A DNA stretch of 64,000 nucleotides from the NCBI GenBank assembly GCA_012295275.1, contig CM022669.1, positions 3,658,001 to 3,722,000 of the forward strand, in the 5' to 3' direction. This DNA is from Chrysomallon squamiferum. Taxonomy: Eukaryota; Animalia; Mollusca. The notes beneath the pieces were generated by a model. That model saw nothing but the letters and a program-made list of their open reading frames with translations, made no database searches and had not been told where the DNA came from. This document shows, piece by piece, positions 39,006 to 54,655 of this stretch. A program made the position numbers and the translations under genes. Position 1 is the stretch's first letter, and each line of letters begins with the position of its first letter.

Positions 39006-41728
39006 AATAAATAAATAAATAAATACACAACTTAATTATGGCACAAAACAAACCAAATAATGGACATGTTTTGATTTATCACTGAAAATCTTGCTTGTAA
39101 TTTTAATGTCTATTTACTACTTAGATTATGACACATAATAATACTCTGGAAGAAACCTGTTATGTAAAGAAAAACAACCACATCAATTTTCAAAATTTCA
39201 TTTTTGATAAAGTGACTTCTTTTTCTTTCATTGAGACAACACTTATTCTGCCAATAATTTAATAAAATACTGTAAATTCTGGATTTTTATCACAAGCACC
39301 ACACGAAATGAAATTATTGTTAAAATGTGTGTGTTGAATCAATGTCTTTTGATCATCTGCTTTTAAGGAAGCAAGCAAGAAGAAGAAGAACTCTTGTATC
39401 ATGGGGTGAAAAAGCTTTGAAAAATGAAAGTAATAAATAAATCAATTTGTGGAGGACAGCACTTACATTTTCGGGCACTTTAGACTCTGGCGCCCATATA
39501 AATAAATTAACAAAGAGAAAATAAATCAATGAAGAGTCAGTTTAGTGTTGGACAGTGGCCCCCAGCCTGTCAGAATGGTGATCATTATGCAACAGAGAAC
39601 AACAGCTGAGAAATCACCAAGGTCAAAACAACCTGATTTCAATGATAAATAATTGCTTTACTGATTTAATCATTTCGGTAATAACCATTATTACTTGTCA
39701 CTTATCAATCATCTTTTAACAGATTTTACAGTGTTGCTGTTCCTCATTTTGTAATCTATCACTTAAGATGCAGCTTTTGCTGGGTACTCAATATGCGTAT
39801 CAATTAGGGTTGAATTAGACAGGAATAATCATAACATTAGCTCGATATAACTGAGTAACAGTCGTTTAAGCTAATTTAATTACTTGGTTATGTTAACTGT
39901 CTGGTGAATTTAAAAATGCTGCTGAAACCTAGGTATTGTGAAGAATGCCATTAACAGTCTATCCAGGAAGGAAGGAAAAATATATTTTATAAAAAAAAGC
40001 ACTCAGTATATTTTTTTTTTACTCTATCATTTGTTGGTGGTCCTATATTTGATTAAAGCATCACCCTTCCTGAATTAATATTCTGCTCATGGTAAAAATG
40101 ATTAAAATGGGAACTCAAAAATATCATACAAACAGTTTTATGTATAAAAAAAAAAAAAAAAAAAAAAAGACAGACAAAAAAACAGACAAATTTGTTTTAG
40201 AAAAAAACAAATTAAAAAAACAACAAAAACAAAATTATAATAAAAGAAATGACCTTAAAACCATTATCTTCCATCTTGTTGCCTGTACAAGCTGGGTTGT
40301 TGGAATCGTTGACAATCCACGACATAACTGGACTGCAGCCATACATGAAAATGTTCTTCTTACGAGAATGACCATGGTAATCACAAAATACCTAAATATG
40401 TATGAAACAGATTATAATTATTAGTGAATAAGACATATACAGTCAAACCTGTCTATAACAGCCACTTTGGAGACCAGGCAAATGTGGTTGTAAAAGGCAG
40501 GTGGCTGTCAAACTGAGTTAAAACATAATAAAATGTTTTGTGGAAGGAACTTCAAGGTGGCTATCATATACAGGTGACAACAAAAATAGGTTTGACTGTA
40601 TTTGTTTCATTGTGTCACATATCAAATCAATGAATATTTTCTGATACAAATAAATGTTTCCAGTAAATGTTTATTTTTATTTTTTAGTTCCCTAAGTAAC
40701 AATAAAATAATAAACTGACATTTGAAATACTGAGGCTAAGATGACTTTTCCTTATTTTGTTAGACAGAAATATGAAAAAATATATAAGAACAAAGACAGA
40801 CAGATTTATATGGCGACAGGGAAATATAATTGTTTTTTTATGAGAACAGATATATATATATATATGGTAATATAGAAATATAAAAAGAATTACAAGTATA
40901 ATCAAGAAGAGATATATATGCAACAATCTGAGTGGCATTTTTCAATACTATTAATAATTACTTTAAAAAATGAATATCTAATTAAGAACAGTTAAAAACA
41001 AATATTTAATAAAGTCATCAAAATGAACAGGTTGTCTTACCAGTGGAGTTTTATTCACCATGTTCATGTACATGAGCAGACCTTTTGTGTGGTAGATTGT
41101 GGGGTGCAGCTTGGGACATGGTCGATGCCATCGTCTATTCAAATCCTCTGCAACCAGTGAACATCGATGACTTTGAAAAAACAAAACATATTGTTAAAAT
41201 TAATTTCTTAGTGCTATAATCTTCTTAAAACAAATAAATGATGTTAATATTACTAACAGTAATAATAATGTTGATGTTTGATGAAGATCTTCATCATCAC
41301 CATCATCATTATCATGATAATAATAATACTGCTGCTGGAACTACTACTACAACTACTACTACTATTACTACTTACTATAAAATCAAGAAAAACAAAAACA
41401 ACAAAAAAATTAATTGTAACAATAGCTGTAGCTAGTGACTAAAATAATTATACTGCTACTAATAACAACGTAACAACAATAAGAATGACACTGATAAATT
41501 AACTTTAATTAAAATACAAATTATAAAAACATAACAACAACAAAAACACAGTACATTGGTATAATACTATTTTTCAAGTTTGTGTTTTAACTTACTTGCC
41601 ATTGATAACACCATCTGGATTGAGCATGGGCACAATTTTAAAAATGAATAATTCTCTCAAATGTTGTGCCTGGGGCTTCTTACTTATTAGAAAGTCAATA
41701 GTGCCTTGAAGAATTAAAATAATAAAAA

Positions 41729-41783
<55 letters not shown>

Positions 41784-43315
41784 GCAAAAACGAAATAATA
41801 TAATTAATGAAATTATTTATGCAAAAATAAAAAAAATAAAAAATAAAAGTTTGAAATATACAGATGATATTATACGTAACTAACTCATAAATATAAATGT
41901 GTATAATGTATTAATTTTCAGTTTAATTCCATGCTTATAAAATGAAAGTATAAATATACAGTAAGATATTTTCAATTTTTGCAATTCTATACTTACAAAA
42001 TATCAACATCCAAAAGAAAAACTTCAAAATGGAAACAACATATATATAAAATTAATTGTAATAATTTTTAATTTGGATTAACTGGGATTAAACTGTTTAC
42101 CTTTCATCACCCAGCTTGAGTTACTTTCACCTGGATGAACCCGACCAGACAGAAAAATGTAAGGTCTAGATCCTGCAAGAAAGAAAAATAGTTATTTATA
42201 CAAGTTTGAAATGTCAGATTTTTAATAAAACTATAGATTATACTGAAAATAACATACAGTGTATAATGAAAATACTATACAGTGCATAACAAAAAACTAC
42301 ATATAAAATAAATACATATGTACAAATTAGTGTAGAGTGTTTAATGAGAAAATAAACTAAAAAATAAATATAAAACTATAAGTTTCCACAATCAAAAACA
42401 AACAAACTTTTAATGTAATTCAAAATGTTTCATTATCCTGTGTATGTGTGTGTGCCTAAGTACACACATGCATACTGGTGAATGCACAAGGGTCTGCCTA
42501 AATGAACCAGTGAATTATGTTGATTCATTCAATACACTTCAACATCATAAATCTGTTCATGGCACATAAATAACTCACAGAAAGGTAACTAACAGAATTC
42601 TTCAGTGTCTAAATGAATCAATGAATTACACTGATTTATTTAAAAAAAATTTAAATCACAAATTCTGATTCAAGGCAGGGAAACAGATCACAGAAAGGAA
42701 ATTTACAGAACTCTTCAGTGTCTAAATGAACCAATGAATTACAATAATTTATTTTTAAAAATTTTAAAATCACAAATTCTGATTGAAGGCAGGGAGACAG
42801 CTGAGAGGAAGGTAACTTACGGAACTCTTCGATGCTCTCTGGGTCGAGTGACTTGGGCTGAGCTGTGATGGTGATCACTGGAACGCTGTTTCCAGATATC
42901 GTCTCACACAGCTTCTGGCAGTTGTAGTAGATCAAGCGAGAGTTGCAGTGCATGTCCCACATTTGAAGATGAACCTAAGAAACAAAAATAAAATCTACCA
43001 CAACATAAGAGTGAGCAGAAGAAAGAAGGATTTGGCTTCAAGAAAGAATGAAATTAATTTTTATAATGACTAAAATGTATTTTGAATAAATGCCTTATAT
43101 GTTATCAGGAACCACAGCTGATTCACATTAAAACATTATTAATTAGTTGTTAATTAATAATATTGAATATTCTGTTTGTCCTCATGTTCCTTCACAGTTG
43201 GAAAGAGAGATATATAGATTTAAGACAGAGATAAAGTTTTAAAATGGTAATGTATGTAATTTATGTATATAAACATATAAATAAGACAGACTAACAGACT
43301 GAGAGAAAGAAAATC

Positions 43316-43402
<87 letters not shown>

Positions 43403-45825
43403 GAGAGAGAGAGAGAGAGAGCACTGAGGAAAAAAAGAAAGTCAGATACACACACACACACACACACACACAACAGAAGAACCAGAGAGCAAACATGTAA
43501 AAAGTGATATTAACCAGAACTCTGTGACACACGAACCTGCAGAGTGGTGTAGCTGTACGGGTAATGATAGGCCAGGTAACACACATCACGGTTGTATTTG
43601 AAAACTAAAGTGAAAGTAGCTGTGTAGTAGGACTTTCCTTTCACCCCACCAGTGGTCTGCGAGCTGCGAATGAAGTGATTCTTGTAGTAGCAGATGTCTG
43701 TACCACTTCGCTTCCACATTCCTCGACCCTCCATCGCTTCAGCTACAGAGTACACCAACGGTTTCATTCCTGAAATAAATAAATGAAATTAAAAATAATA
43801 TATAATTAACATGATGACAGCAGTTGTATAATGACACCTCTTCATATAGCAGGGATCATTAATATTAATAATAGTAGTAGTAGTAGTAGTAGTAGTAGAA
43901 GTAGTAGCAGTAGTAGTAGTGATAGTAATGCTAATTTTGTTAATGATGATGATGATGATGATGATGATAATATAATGATAACTATTATACAGTTATAACA
44001 AGAATGGGCCATATTATAATAATAAAATACAAGGAAAGGTTAAAACAAAAACAAAAAGTTTAAAAAAAAGAAAAAGAACCAAAAAGAATCATAGATACAG
44101 CAATCATGCAACTATTTACTGACGGAAAAATGTAACACTGCTCATTTCATATAAAAATAAATTATCTTTCTTAATTAATTACACAATAAGTGTCTCTGAT
44201 CAAATATAAATTTTACGAGACATCAACTCACCAAAATTGAGCTGACTGTTGAGTTTCTCACAGTTGACGATGTTGAACCTGTAAGGTACATCGGCCACCA
44301 TGTTGCTCACTTCAAAGTAGAACCACTGGTGATGGTGGTTGGTGTTAATGTCAGGATTGAGGATCAGATCGTACTCAAACTCTCGAACCTTGAAATAGGA
44401 ACATTTTCTACATGTCACTGTGGTAAACATTAATTTCAATTCTGAAAGTGAGGCTAATAAAACAATAATAAATAATAACGGAGTAATCAGTCCTTTGTTA
44501 AAGAACCTGCATACATGAAGTAGTTAACTCTGAGAAATCAAAAAATAAAAATTTCTGTATTTTGAGAAATCAAATGTCAATGTTTTCAACATTGCTGCAG
44601 ATTTTATTTTTATTAGAAGAACACAAGGGAACATTAAAAAATAAACAAAATATAATAACAAATAAAAAAGCAGCAACAAAAACAACTATAGAACTTGCTG
44701 ACTTATTAATTCTGTCAAAATGTGTTAAATCCATCTTACATGCAGGTTTTGAAATGATAAAGAGTATATCTTAATGATTATTATTTAATAAAAAAGATGA
44801 TGTTGATGATGATAATGATAATAATACATTCTAAAAAAAATGATGATGATAATACAAACTACCAACTGAAATAGTAGACTTTTGTTTAATTACTTTGAAA
44901 AAGAAACAAACAACAACAATACAACAACAATACAACCATAAAACTCACAGAAAAACAAATTAAATAAATAAATAAATAAGTGGTAAGAAAGAAAATGGAG
45001 AAATAAGAAGCAAAGTGATAATAACATTAAATTCATATTCATTTTACTGTAGAGTGACTAATACCGTGTTTCTATTCTATTTCAATCAAAATTCTTAATT
45101 TCTGACCTAAAAATGTGTTTCATTCATGTTTCTGACTCTAACATTAAAAGTAACTTGATGAAAAAGGAAATAAATATGGAGAATTCTGTTGCTAGAGGAT
45201 AATTTGATATTTCATGTGAAAATCGTTAATTAACAAGTGATAAACATACAATTTAGTAATGAACAATGCATTAAAATATACTAACATCTGAATTAAATAT
45301 ACAGATAAATAGGTTTCAAACTTTAAACATTTAATTAAATATTTTAATTCAGAAAAAAATTATGTACATCAATCTATTACAGCATACTATTTTTCTAAAA
45401 ATACACAAATTTCATGAATGCAAAATTACTGATGAATTAGTGTCTTCACTTCCCTTGCAAAAATAAATTCTGAATGTACTACACATTTCTTAACAATAAT
45501 AATAATTTTCTGATGTATAAATTAAATAAATATTTCAATTTATATGTGATATAATTATTAATAAAAGTAGTTGACATTTTATAATTTAAAGTTTATACAC
45601 CTGTTTTAAATATCATATTGTAAATAAATATTAATAAATATATACCTGTATAACTTTCCTGAGATTGCCACATTCAAACTGGGAATTAAAATGCAAAACA
45701 TCCAAACCCAGATCTGGTCTACCTACTCTGAAAACATAGATTTAACATTCTCTTAAAATTTTAATACTAAAAAACAAATACTTGCAAAATTATTACAATA
45801 ACATTAAATTTTAAAAACATACAAA

Positions 45826-45866
<41 letters not shown>

Positions 45867-45886
45867 TAATAATAATGATAATAAAA

Positions 45887-45918
<32 letters not shown>

Positions 45919-48900
45919 ATGCAATTACATTCCATTAACTGTAAATAACAAAAATTATAAACTAATTCTTGAATTATTACAATTATACTATTATTCAAAT
46001 CTGTAATATCACTTCAGTAAAGCTTTAGAAACACAAACTAAATGTAATGATAGTGTGTTTGTATCAAGAAATGCTATTTACTTTTGTAACAAAATTAGTA
46101 TTTGACAAGAAAACACTGGTTTCTAAAAGGCTGGGAATTCCTTTAAAGTATACATTTCTGGTATTAGCAAATACTGGAAAAATGTGCATCCTTTTTATAT
46201 ACTGCCATATTATTGTTATATACTCAGTATAATCCTTTGCTAATAATAAAGTATGGAAATTAGATTAAAACAAAACGAAATAACAGCTCTTGAGAACACA
46301 TAAACATATTTACTCTAAATATCCAGGTTTAAACATTAAGGAAAAATTTAATCATGATTTACTCAGTCTGTCAAGGTATTTTACATTTCTAAGTTTTATG
46401 GAGGAACATAGAAAACTGCAATCCTGAGGCATGTACCTGAAGATGATATTGTATTTCTGTTTACCTTTCTATCTCTCTATCTGTCTATCCACACCCACAC
46501 ACACAATTTACATTTTATGGAAAATATAATAAAAAGGTTGTAAAAATATATATTTAAATTAAAAAAAAACCCACATAAAAATAAGAAATTCATATAAGAG
46601 AAACATAGTAAGGGTATATTTTTCATTACTTTGCCTCATCTCTGTTTGAGAGTTCAACATCGAAGCGGTTACACCCGTTTCCTGTTGGAACTATCACTTG
46701 GTCAATATCGTAAACAACTCTGTCTATGACATATTCATGATGAATCATACGATCAATATCTTCAAATATTTTGGATCTGAAAATTATAATAAATAATCAG
46801 TTTGTAACTTTGAAATATACAGTCAAACATGCTTATAATGCCAACTCAAAAGACAATGCAATAGTACGTGTTACAGACAGTAAACAAGTAATTAAAATGC
46901 TTAAAAAAAAAAGAAAAAGAATTATCACTAATTTTACTTTAAACATTTGAACTCTTTAAAAGTAAATTCCATTGAACTGGTGGTAAATTACAAAAATAAA
47001 GAGTTAATTATCAAAAATATTTCTTGTTTTACCTCTGAACCCCAAATTTCCTGTGGTAGAAATTCTCTGGAACTTCGCAGCCTTTGGCATGGTGCAGATC
47101 GGGGTAAGCTAGCTTTTCGAACCTGAACGCACTTTTGGTGTGCCCCGCACACTGCAGGTGAATTCGTGGGTCGTACACCATCTCTTCATCGTCCACCTCA
47201 TCGGCGCTGCTGGACGAAGCTGCACACTCGTGCTGGTCCAGCAGGTCGTGCTGCAGTGGGATGGGCGTGATGCACAGCGCTTCCACTAAGTCATGTTCGG
47301 CTCGCGACTTTTTCGACTTCTTTTCCTTCACTGAAAAAGACTTCTTCAGATTTCTCAGTTTCTTGGAAGACATTTTCTGAGGAACAGAAGCAGATTTGGT
47401 AAGAGGTTTGACATTGTGTGGAAAGTTTACATCGAGTGAAAACACTCTCGAACCAGTCTTTACATTGACAGCACTGGCGCCTTCATCGACACCTTTAAAA
47501 CCGATAACTGGAGATTCGCCTTCTTTCTCCATGGTGTTGCAGTGGTTGATGTTCGTCTGGACAGAGTAGAACTTGTTTGCTCTGAACTGACGGCTCGATT
47601 CGCTTTTTGCGGAACTCAGTCGTAAATGCTGTTGCTGCATCTGGCGGATGTTTGAGGATGACTTCACACGCCGATGTGCCAGACTGATCTGTTCTGCGGT
47701 GCCGTTGTTTGCGTCGTTGGGACTGTGGTATGCTGTGGGGATGAAAACTGAGCTCTTTTTTGTGTTTGGTGACTGAAAATAAAACACTAAAATAAAAACA
47801 TTGGATGCAAAATATATTTAAACTAAAATAATAAATAACAACAACAACAACAACAACAACAACAATAACAATAACAATAACAACAACAACAACAATAATA
47901 ATAAATAAATAAATAAATAAATAAATAAATGAAATACAATCAGTCAAGAAAATAATTAACAATAAATATAAATAAAAATATCTATGATCTGTGTATGTGT
48001 TTGGGTGTAAGGACATGCTTGAATGTGTGTGTCTGTGTGTATTGTATGCATGCATTTTACAGGAACAATAGTTATGTTTATGACTGACTGAATTTTTCTG
48101 ATAATAACAAAACACTAACTTCCAGCATGAAGTCAAAGAGCTCAGGAAAATATTTTGAATAAAGACTCAATTCTTCACAACTGCGCTGTTCTGGTGATTC
48201 CAGCCCATCGCCTTGCTCATCATCTGGCTGTTAGAAATAAAGTAAATGTGGTAGTAAGGTCTGAAAACAATTTCTTTAAATTTCCTTTTAAAAAAACACC
48301 CCCAAAACCCCATCTTTTATGTTTCCAAGTATTTTACTGTTTTGGGGAAGCTGTTTTCATTAATAACACAATATAACAATCAAATACTACTATTATGAAA
48401 CATGAAGATAACAGAGAAATGAAAATATCTCACATAAATGCATGAGATACAAAGTGTGAAATTAAGAAATATTAAAAAAGATCCCACTTCTGAGATAAAA
48501 GGTTTTATATAAAATAAAATAAAATAAATAAATTAATAAATTAAAATCTACTATAATAATCAAATAATGTTAGCAAAGAACACAGACTGCTTTGGAATTA
48601 GCAAATAAATAAATAAATAAATAAATAAAAATTAATATCATAATGTCAAACACAAACCTCATCAGAATTGTCAATCTGAAAGCGTTCATCATCGCTGTCT
48701 ATGTCATCATCATCATCCATGGAGCTGTGATCACTGTCATCAGTGTTGGAAATTGTTGAAGCAGAACCTGCTACACGAAGTTACACAAAAACAATCTTAT
48801 AATGAAACAAACCATCAATGTTTTTCTTTGCATTATGTACATAATTATTCTTAAATTTACTTCAACAACAGATTTTCATCCTTGAAATTATAAATGTACG

Positions 48901-49051
48901 TGAAATTTATAATATATTTTAATAAAAGATGTTCTTTCTTTATGTCCTAAGTCATTTTCAATATGTATAAAAATATAAGATAAATTTTATAGTGTTATTC
49001 TAAAGGATCGAAACTTTTTTTTTTTTTATATCCACAGATATTGTAGTGTGT

Positions 49052-49114
<63 letters not shown>

Positions 49115-52100
49115 TTGCTCTTAAAACATTCTGGCTCTCAAGCAATCAATCAAAGGACTGTACCTTCTTCATCTGCGAGGCAGCCACATTCAGGTATGTG
49201 GAATTCTGATGATGGCAGTGAGTAGAGGATGGCACTCATCACATCTTTCAGCGGAAGTCGGTTTCTCGGGCAGCACTTGCGCATAATTAGACTGGCCAGC
49301 AGTATGAGGCTCTCCAACTCACGACAGTCAATCAAATCATTGCAGGTTTCATACAAAATCCTGATCCCCTCAGACTCCACCAGAGACTTGCGACCTGATC
49401 CTGAATAAAAACATTGACAAGTATTTTTAATACAGAGCTGTATATATCTTTAAATATCTTTTACTTACATCTTCTGAACAATTATTTAACAAGTAATGGA
49501 ATGATGTTATGTGAAAATCTTTTTGGTTTTGTAATTTCTCAGTAAATAAGGTACTATTTTCTGGCTTTTCTTTAAAACAATTATATATATACACATCTGT
49601 GTGTGTCTGTATATCTATTTCTATATTTATGTATATTTTTACATCTATATCTGTATATAAAATTTTCTTTTTTATAAAGAAAAGTCATAAATGTGTATGT
49701 ATATCTGTGTATATGTGTGTGTAAATATATCACTAAATAACACTTACTGAGATTACTGATATTTTTCAGTATATTGAGAGTTGCTTTTCTCAGGTTTATG
49801 TGTCTGTTTTTCGTGTCATTCTGGTGCCACTCTGAGTACAGAGATAAAAGTGTTGGTACACCTCCCATCCCAATTGTCCTCGCAGAATTACTCTCTGAAA
49901 CACAACATATCCTTCATTTAAAACAGTCCCACAATCACTACTGTACAGTATCTCCACACTTTCTTACAACAATATCAGACACAATTTCTCTCTGAAACAC
50001 AACATATCCTTCATTTAAAACAGTCCCATCCCACAGTCAGTACTGTACAGTAACTCCACACTTTCTTACTCTCTGAAACACAACATATCCTTCATTTAAA
50101 ACAGTCCCATCCCACAATCAGTACTGTACAGTAACTCCACACTTTCTTACAACAATATCAGACACAATTACTCTCTGAAACACAACATATCCTTCATTTC
50201 AAACAGTCCCACAATCAGTACTGTACAGTAACTCCACACTTTCTTACAACAATATCAGACACAATTACTCTCTGAAACACAACATATCCTTCATTTAAAA
50301 CAGTCCCATCCCACAGTCAACACTGTACAGTAACTCCATTTCTTAAAACAATATCAGACACAAATCAAACACAACATATCCTTCATTTCAAACAGTCCCA
50401 CAATCAGTACTGTACAGTAACTCCACACTTTCTTACAACAATATCAGACACAATTACTCTCTGAAACACAACATATCCTTCATTTAAAACAGTCCCATCC
50501 CACAGTCAGTACTGTACAGTAACTCCACACTTTCTTACAACAATATCAGACACAATTACTCTCTGAAACACAACATATCCTTCATTTAAAACAGTCCCAT
50601 CCCACAGTCAGTACTGTACAGTAACTCCACACTTTCTTACAACAATATCAGACACAATTACTCTCTGAAACACAACATATCCTTCATTTCAAACAGTCCC
50701 ACAATCAGTACTGTACAGTAAATCCACACTTTCTTACTCTCTGAAACACAACATATCCTTCATTTAAAACAGTCACACAATCAGTACTGTACAGTAACTC
50801 CACACTTTCTTACTCTCTGAAACACAACATATCCTTCATTTAAAACAGTCCCACAGTCAAACTCCAGTAACTCCTCACTTTCTTACAACAATATCAGACA
50901 CAATTACTCTCTGAAACACAACATATCCTTCATTTCAAACAGTCCCAGTCCTCCACACCTTCATTTAAAACAGTCCCATCCCACAGTCAGTACTGTACAG
51001 TAACTCCACACTTTCTTACAACAATATCAGACACAATTACTCTCTGAAACACAACATATCCTTCATTTCAAACAGTCCCACAATCAGTCAGTACTGTACA
51101 GTAAATCCACACTTTCTTACTCTCTGAAACACAACATATCCTTCATTTAAAACAGTCACACAATCAGTACTGTACAGTAACTCCACACTTTCTTACTCTC
51201 TGAAACACAACATATCCTTCATTTAAAACAGTCCCACAGTCAGTACTGTACAGGAACTCCACACTTTCTTACAACAATATCAGACACAATTACTCTCTGA
51301 AACACAACATATCCTTCATTTCAAACAGTCACACAATCAGTACTGTACAGTAACTCCACACTTTCTTACTCTCTGAAACACAACATATCCATCATTTAAA
51401 ACAGTCACACAATCAATACTGTACAGTAACTCCACACTTTCTTACTCTCTGAAACACAACATATCCTTCATTTCAAACAGTCGCATCAGCACTGCACAGT
51501 AACTCCATCCTTTCTTACAACAATAAAAAAAAAAAAAAACTCAATTTTTTTTAAGTTAAAATAACTGAACTTTCTCTCCCTAAAAAAAATCATTTCAGAA
51601 TCAATTTACTATAAAAATAATTCTCCAGAATGTTCTGAACTGTTTCTTTTCTTTAAATACTGAAGAATATTATTAGTTTTCTTTACATTAGAAGAAAATT
51701 TAATTTAATAATAAATAATGAATTTTAATTTTATTCTATTATTTACTTTTTGAAACACAATTTATTTTCTTTAAGATAAAACAGTCCAAAAGTGTTCCTG
51801 AATTACCTGTCTATAAGATAATTACATATAAATACAAAATGTAACCCGAATAACTGAATTTTGAAATAAATTTAAAAAAAATAGGTATGATTGAATATTC
51901 AAAGGTGTAAAAAAAAAATGTTTCTACAATATTTTTTCAAACTCACTTGACTTGGTGAGATTGTTGAGATTGTCAAGGGCAAGTTTCAACACTGATGTGT
52001 GTTTTCTTCCACTGCCAGTAATTATTTTAAACAAAACATTTATAGAGCTGTGTTTTCCAAGATAGGAAGCATTCACACCTGTGAGAAAAAGAAAAAAGAT

Positions 52101-54558
52101 AATTAACTTTAAACATAAATAAATAAATAAAAGATAAAAAACTATATATTGTTTTTATGGTTAATCATCATTAATCATGAAAGTAGTGTAATGATTCCTT
52201 TGTTGATTATTTATATGAACAATAAGTCATTGTTTTAATATAATAATAATAATGAAAAGGATATTTTGACCAAAAAAGATATGAAATTCTAATAAAGTAA
52301 TCATAAGAAAAACAGAAGAAAACAAAAGGACAAAAATCAATTAGCTAAATTATAATTTGGATTTATCCACTGACAATGGTTAAATATTCGAACAAATTGG
52401 CAATAGTGAGTTATAATAAAAAATATTTCTATTCAAAACATTAGTAAAAAGTGTGCATAAGTTTACTGTTCAAAGATAAACAATAATGTTCAAAGACAGC
52501 TAACTTATCCACAGATATGTGATTGCAGGACACCAGAGATTTACAAACAGAATGGACTCTCAGGACACTTGATATAAAGTGAATTAATTTTACCCTATAC
52601 TTATCTTTAATATGAAATCCCAACTACAGGCATCACACTAAGAACTGCCCAAATCCATGTAAACCACACTAATTACACTATTCTAGCATTTTGTGTGCCA
52701 GCACAAAAATACAATTTACTGTAAAGTTTTAATATCTATGAACTGAGGTTGGTTAAAATCACTGATAAGACAGGCTGACTATGCATTGTAATCACTTATC
52801 TGTATGTTTATACAGTAAGTATTTATAAAAATTCATGTAAATCATACTGACTACTATACTCTTGTCTTCTCTGTCCACCACAAGAATACAGTTCACTGTA
52901 CAGTTTTAATATCTTTGAACTGAGGTTTGTTAAAACCACAGATAAAGTAAGCAGACTGTACATTATCAGCATTTACCCTGATGTAGAAAGAATTTACACA
53001 CTTTGCACTACTTACTGTTATTTGTGTACAGTTTGAAGACTTGTAGTAAAGAAGTCAAGTTTTTAAAATTGCTCAGATTATTCTTGAGGAGGCCAAGAGT
53101 TAGAGGCAATGCCTTGTTCAGTCGAGCTTTCACAGCAAACTTGCGATCTAAAAAAATACAAACAGTAATTTCTCATGTAATATGATACTCCTTTTAGATT
53201 ATCTATGAAATTATACATCATAAAATTGTGGTTTTCTTGGAGAAAAATAACAACCTGGAAACCCAACCTCACTTGCAGATTAAAGTTTGGCAATACTATA
53301 TTCAAATGAAAAAAATTATAACTTTATGATATATATCAGTAAGTACAAAATATCTTTTAATTAATTTTATCTTTATGACCTATACTGCTAAGTACACTGT
53401 GTATTTTAATTTTACCTTAAAGACCTACATTTCTAATTACAGTTTGTATTTTAATTAATTTTACCTGTATGACCTACATTACTATTTAAAATATTTTAAT
53501 TAATTTTACCTTTATGACCTATACTGCTAAGCACGACGTGAATTTCCAGTAAAATTTCGTCTGGTAAAGACACATCGTCCATTGAGTGTTTCAGCAGATG
53601 AAACAAAACTGTGCTGACTCCATGATTTACCATCAAACTTGCCCTTTTCCCAACATCTGAAATTTATAATAGAAAATGTTTTATTTACTAGTAATATAAT
53701 AATAAACAACAATAGCAATAAGAAAGGTTTAAATTTTGTTCTTGCTAGTAATATGATCAGCATCGGAAAATGAAATAACAAATGTTTCAAATTCATACTT
53801 TCTAATACAATATAATAAATATTGGAAATTATAAATTTAAAAAAAATATATTTATTTGCTATTAATATTATAATAAACATCAAAAATAGTAATAACAAAT
53901 GTTTTAATTTTTTTACTTGCTAGTAAATATAATAAACATTTTAAATTGTAATAACAAATGTTTGGAATTTTTATTTGCTAGTAAGCACCTTCCATTATAA
54001 AATAAAAGTTTCAACTGTTTTGTTTAAACATTTAAAACATTTAAACTAAGATATACAATTATCTGTTTATATTAAAGAAAAATACAAGTATTGAAAAAGA
54101 TCAGGTTCTTAAAAAGCAGCGAATAATACAAAACAAGATTTACTGTGGAATCAAGTTTTGTAACATAGCTCTATAAAAGTGAAATGGAATTCTGTTTACT
54201 AACTAATCTCTGTGTATTGTCTGGCTTATCTTATTTTACAGATCTATCTTTTTGTTTATCATTTATCTACATTATATCTATATTGCAGACATTTCAACCA
54301 TATTTTCAAAATAAAAATACAAAAAGAAAAAGAAATACAAATATCAGCATTATGCTAGGAAAGAAAACTAGAAAACTAAAAAACAATATAAATAATATTT
54401 TTCTTTGTGCTAAAACTGTTTTGTCATGAATATTTATGGATGAAGGGAAACTTACGTTGTTTTCCTATCAGTTCAGAAAACATGTGGACAATGTTGTGAA
54501 TAACTGTGTCATCTTGAGAATTCTGAAAACAAAAATTGAATTACAATCAATTTGTGAA

Positions 54559-54655
<97 letters not shown>

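Noticed and set aside
49885-51525. CRISPR-like array (regular repeats with length variation)
   Set aside because: There are no unique spacers: the whole unit repeats. The context is a eukaryotic intron with no cas genes.
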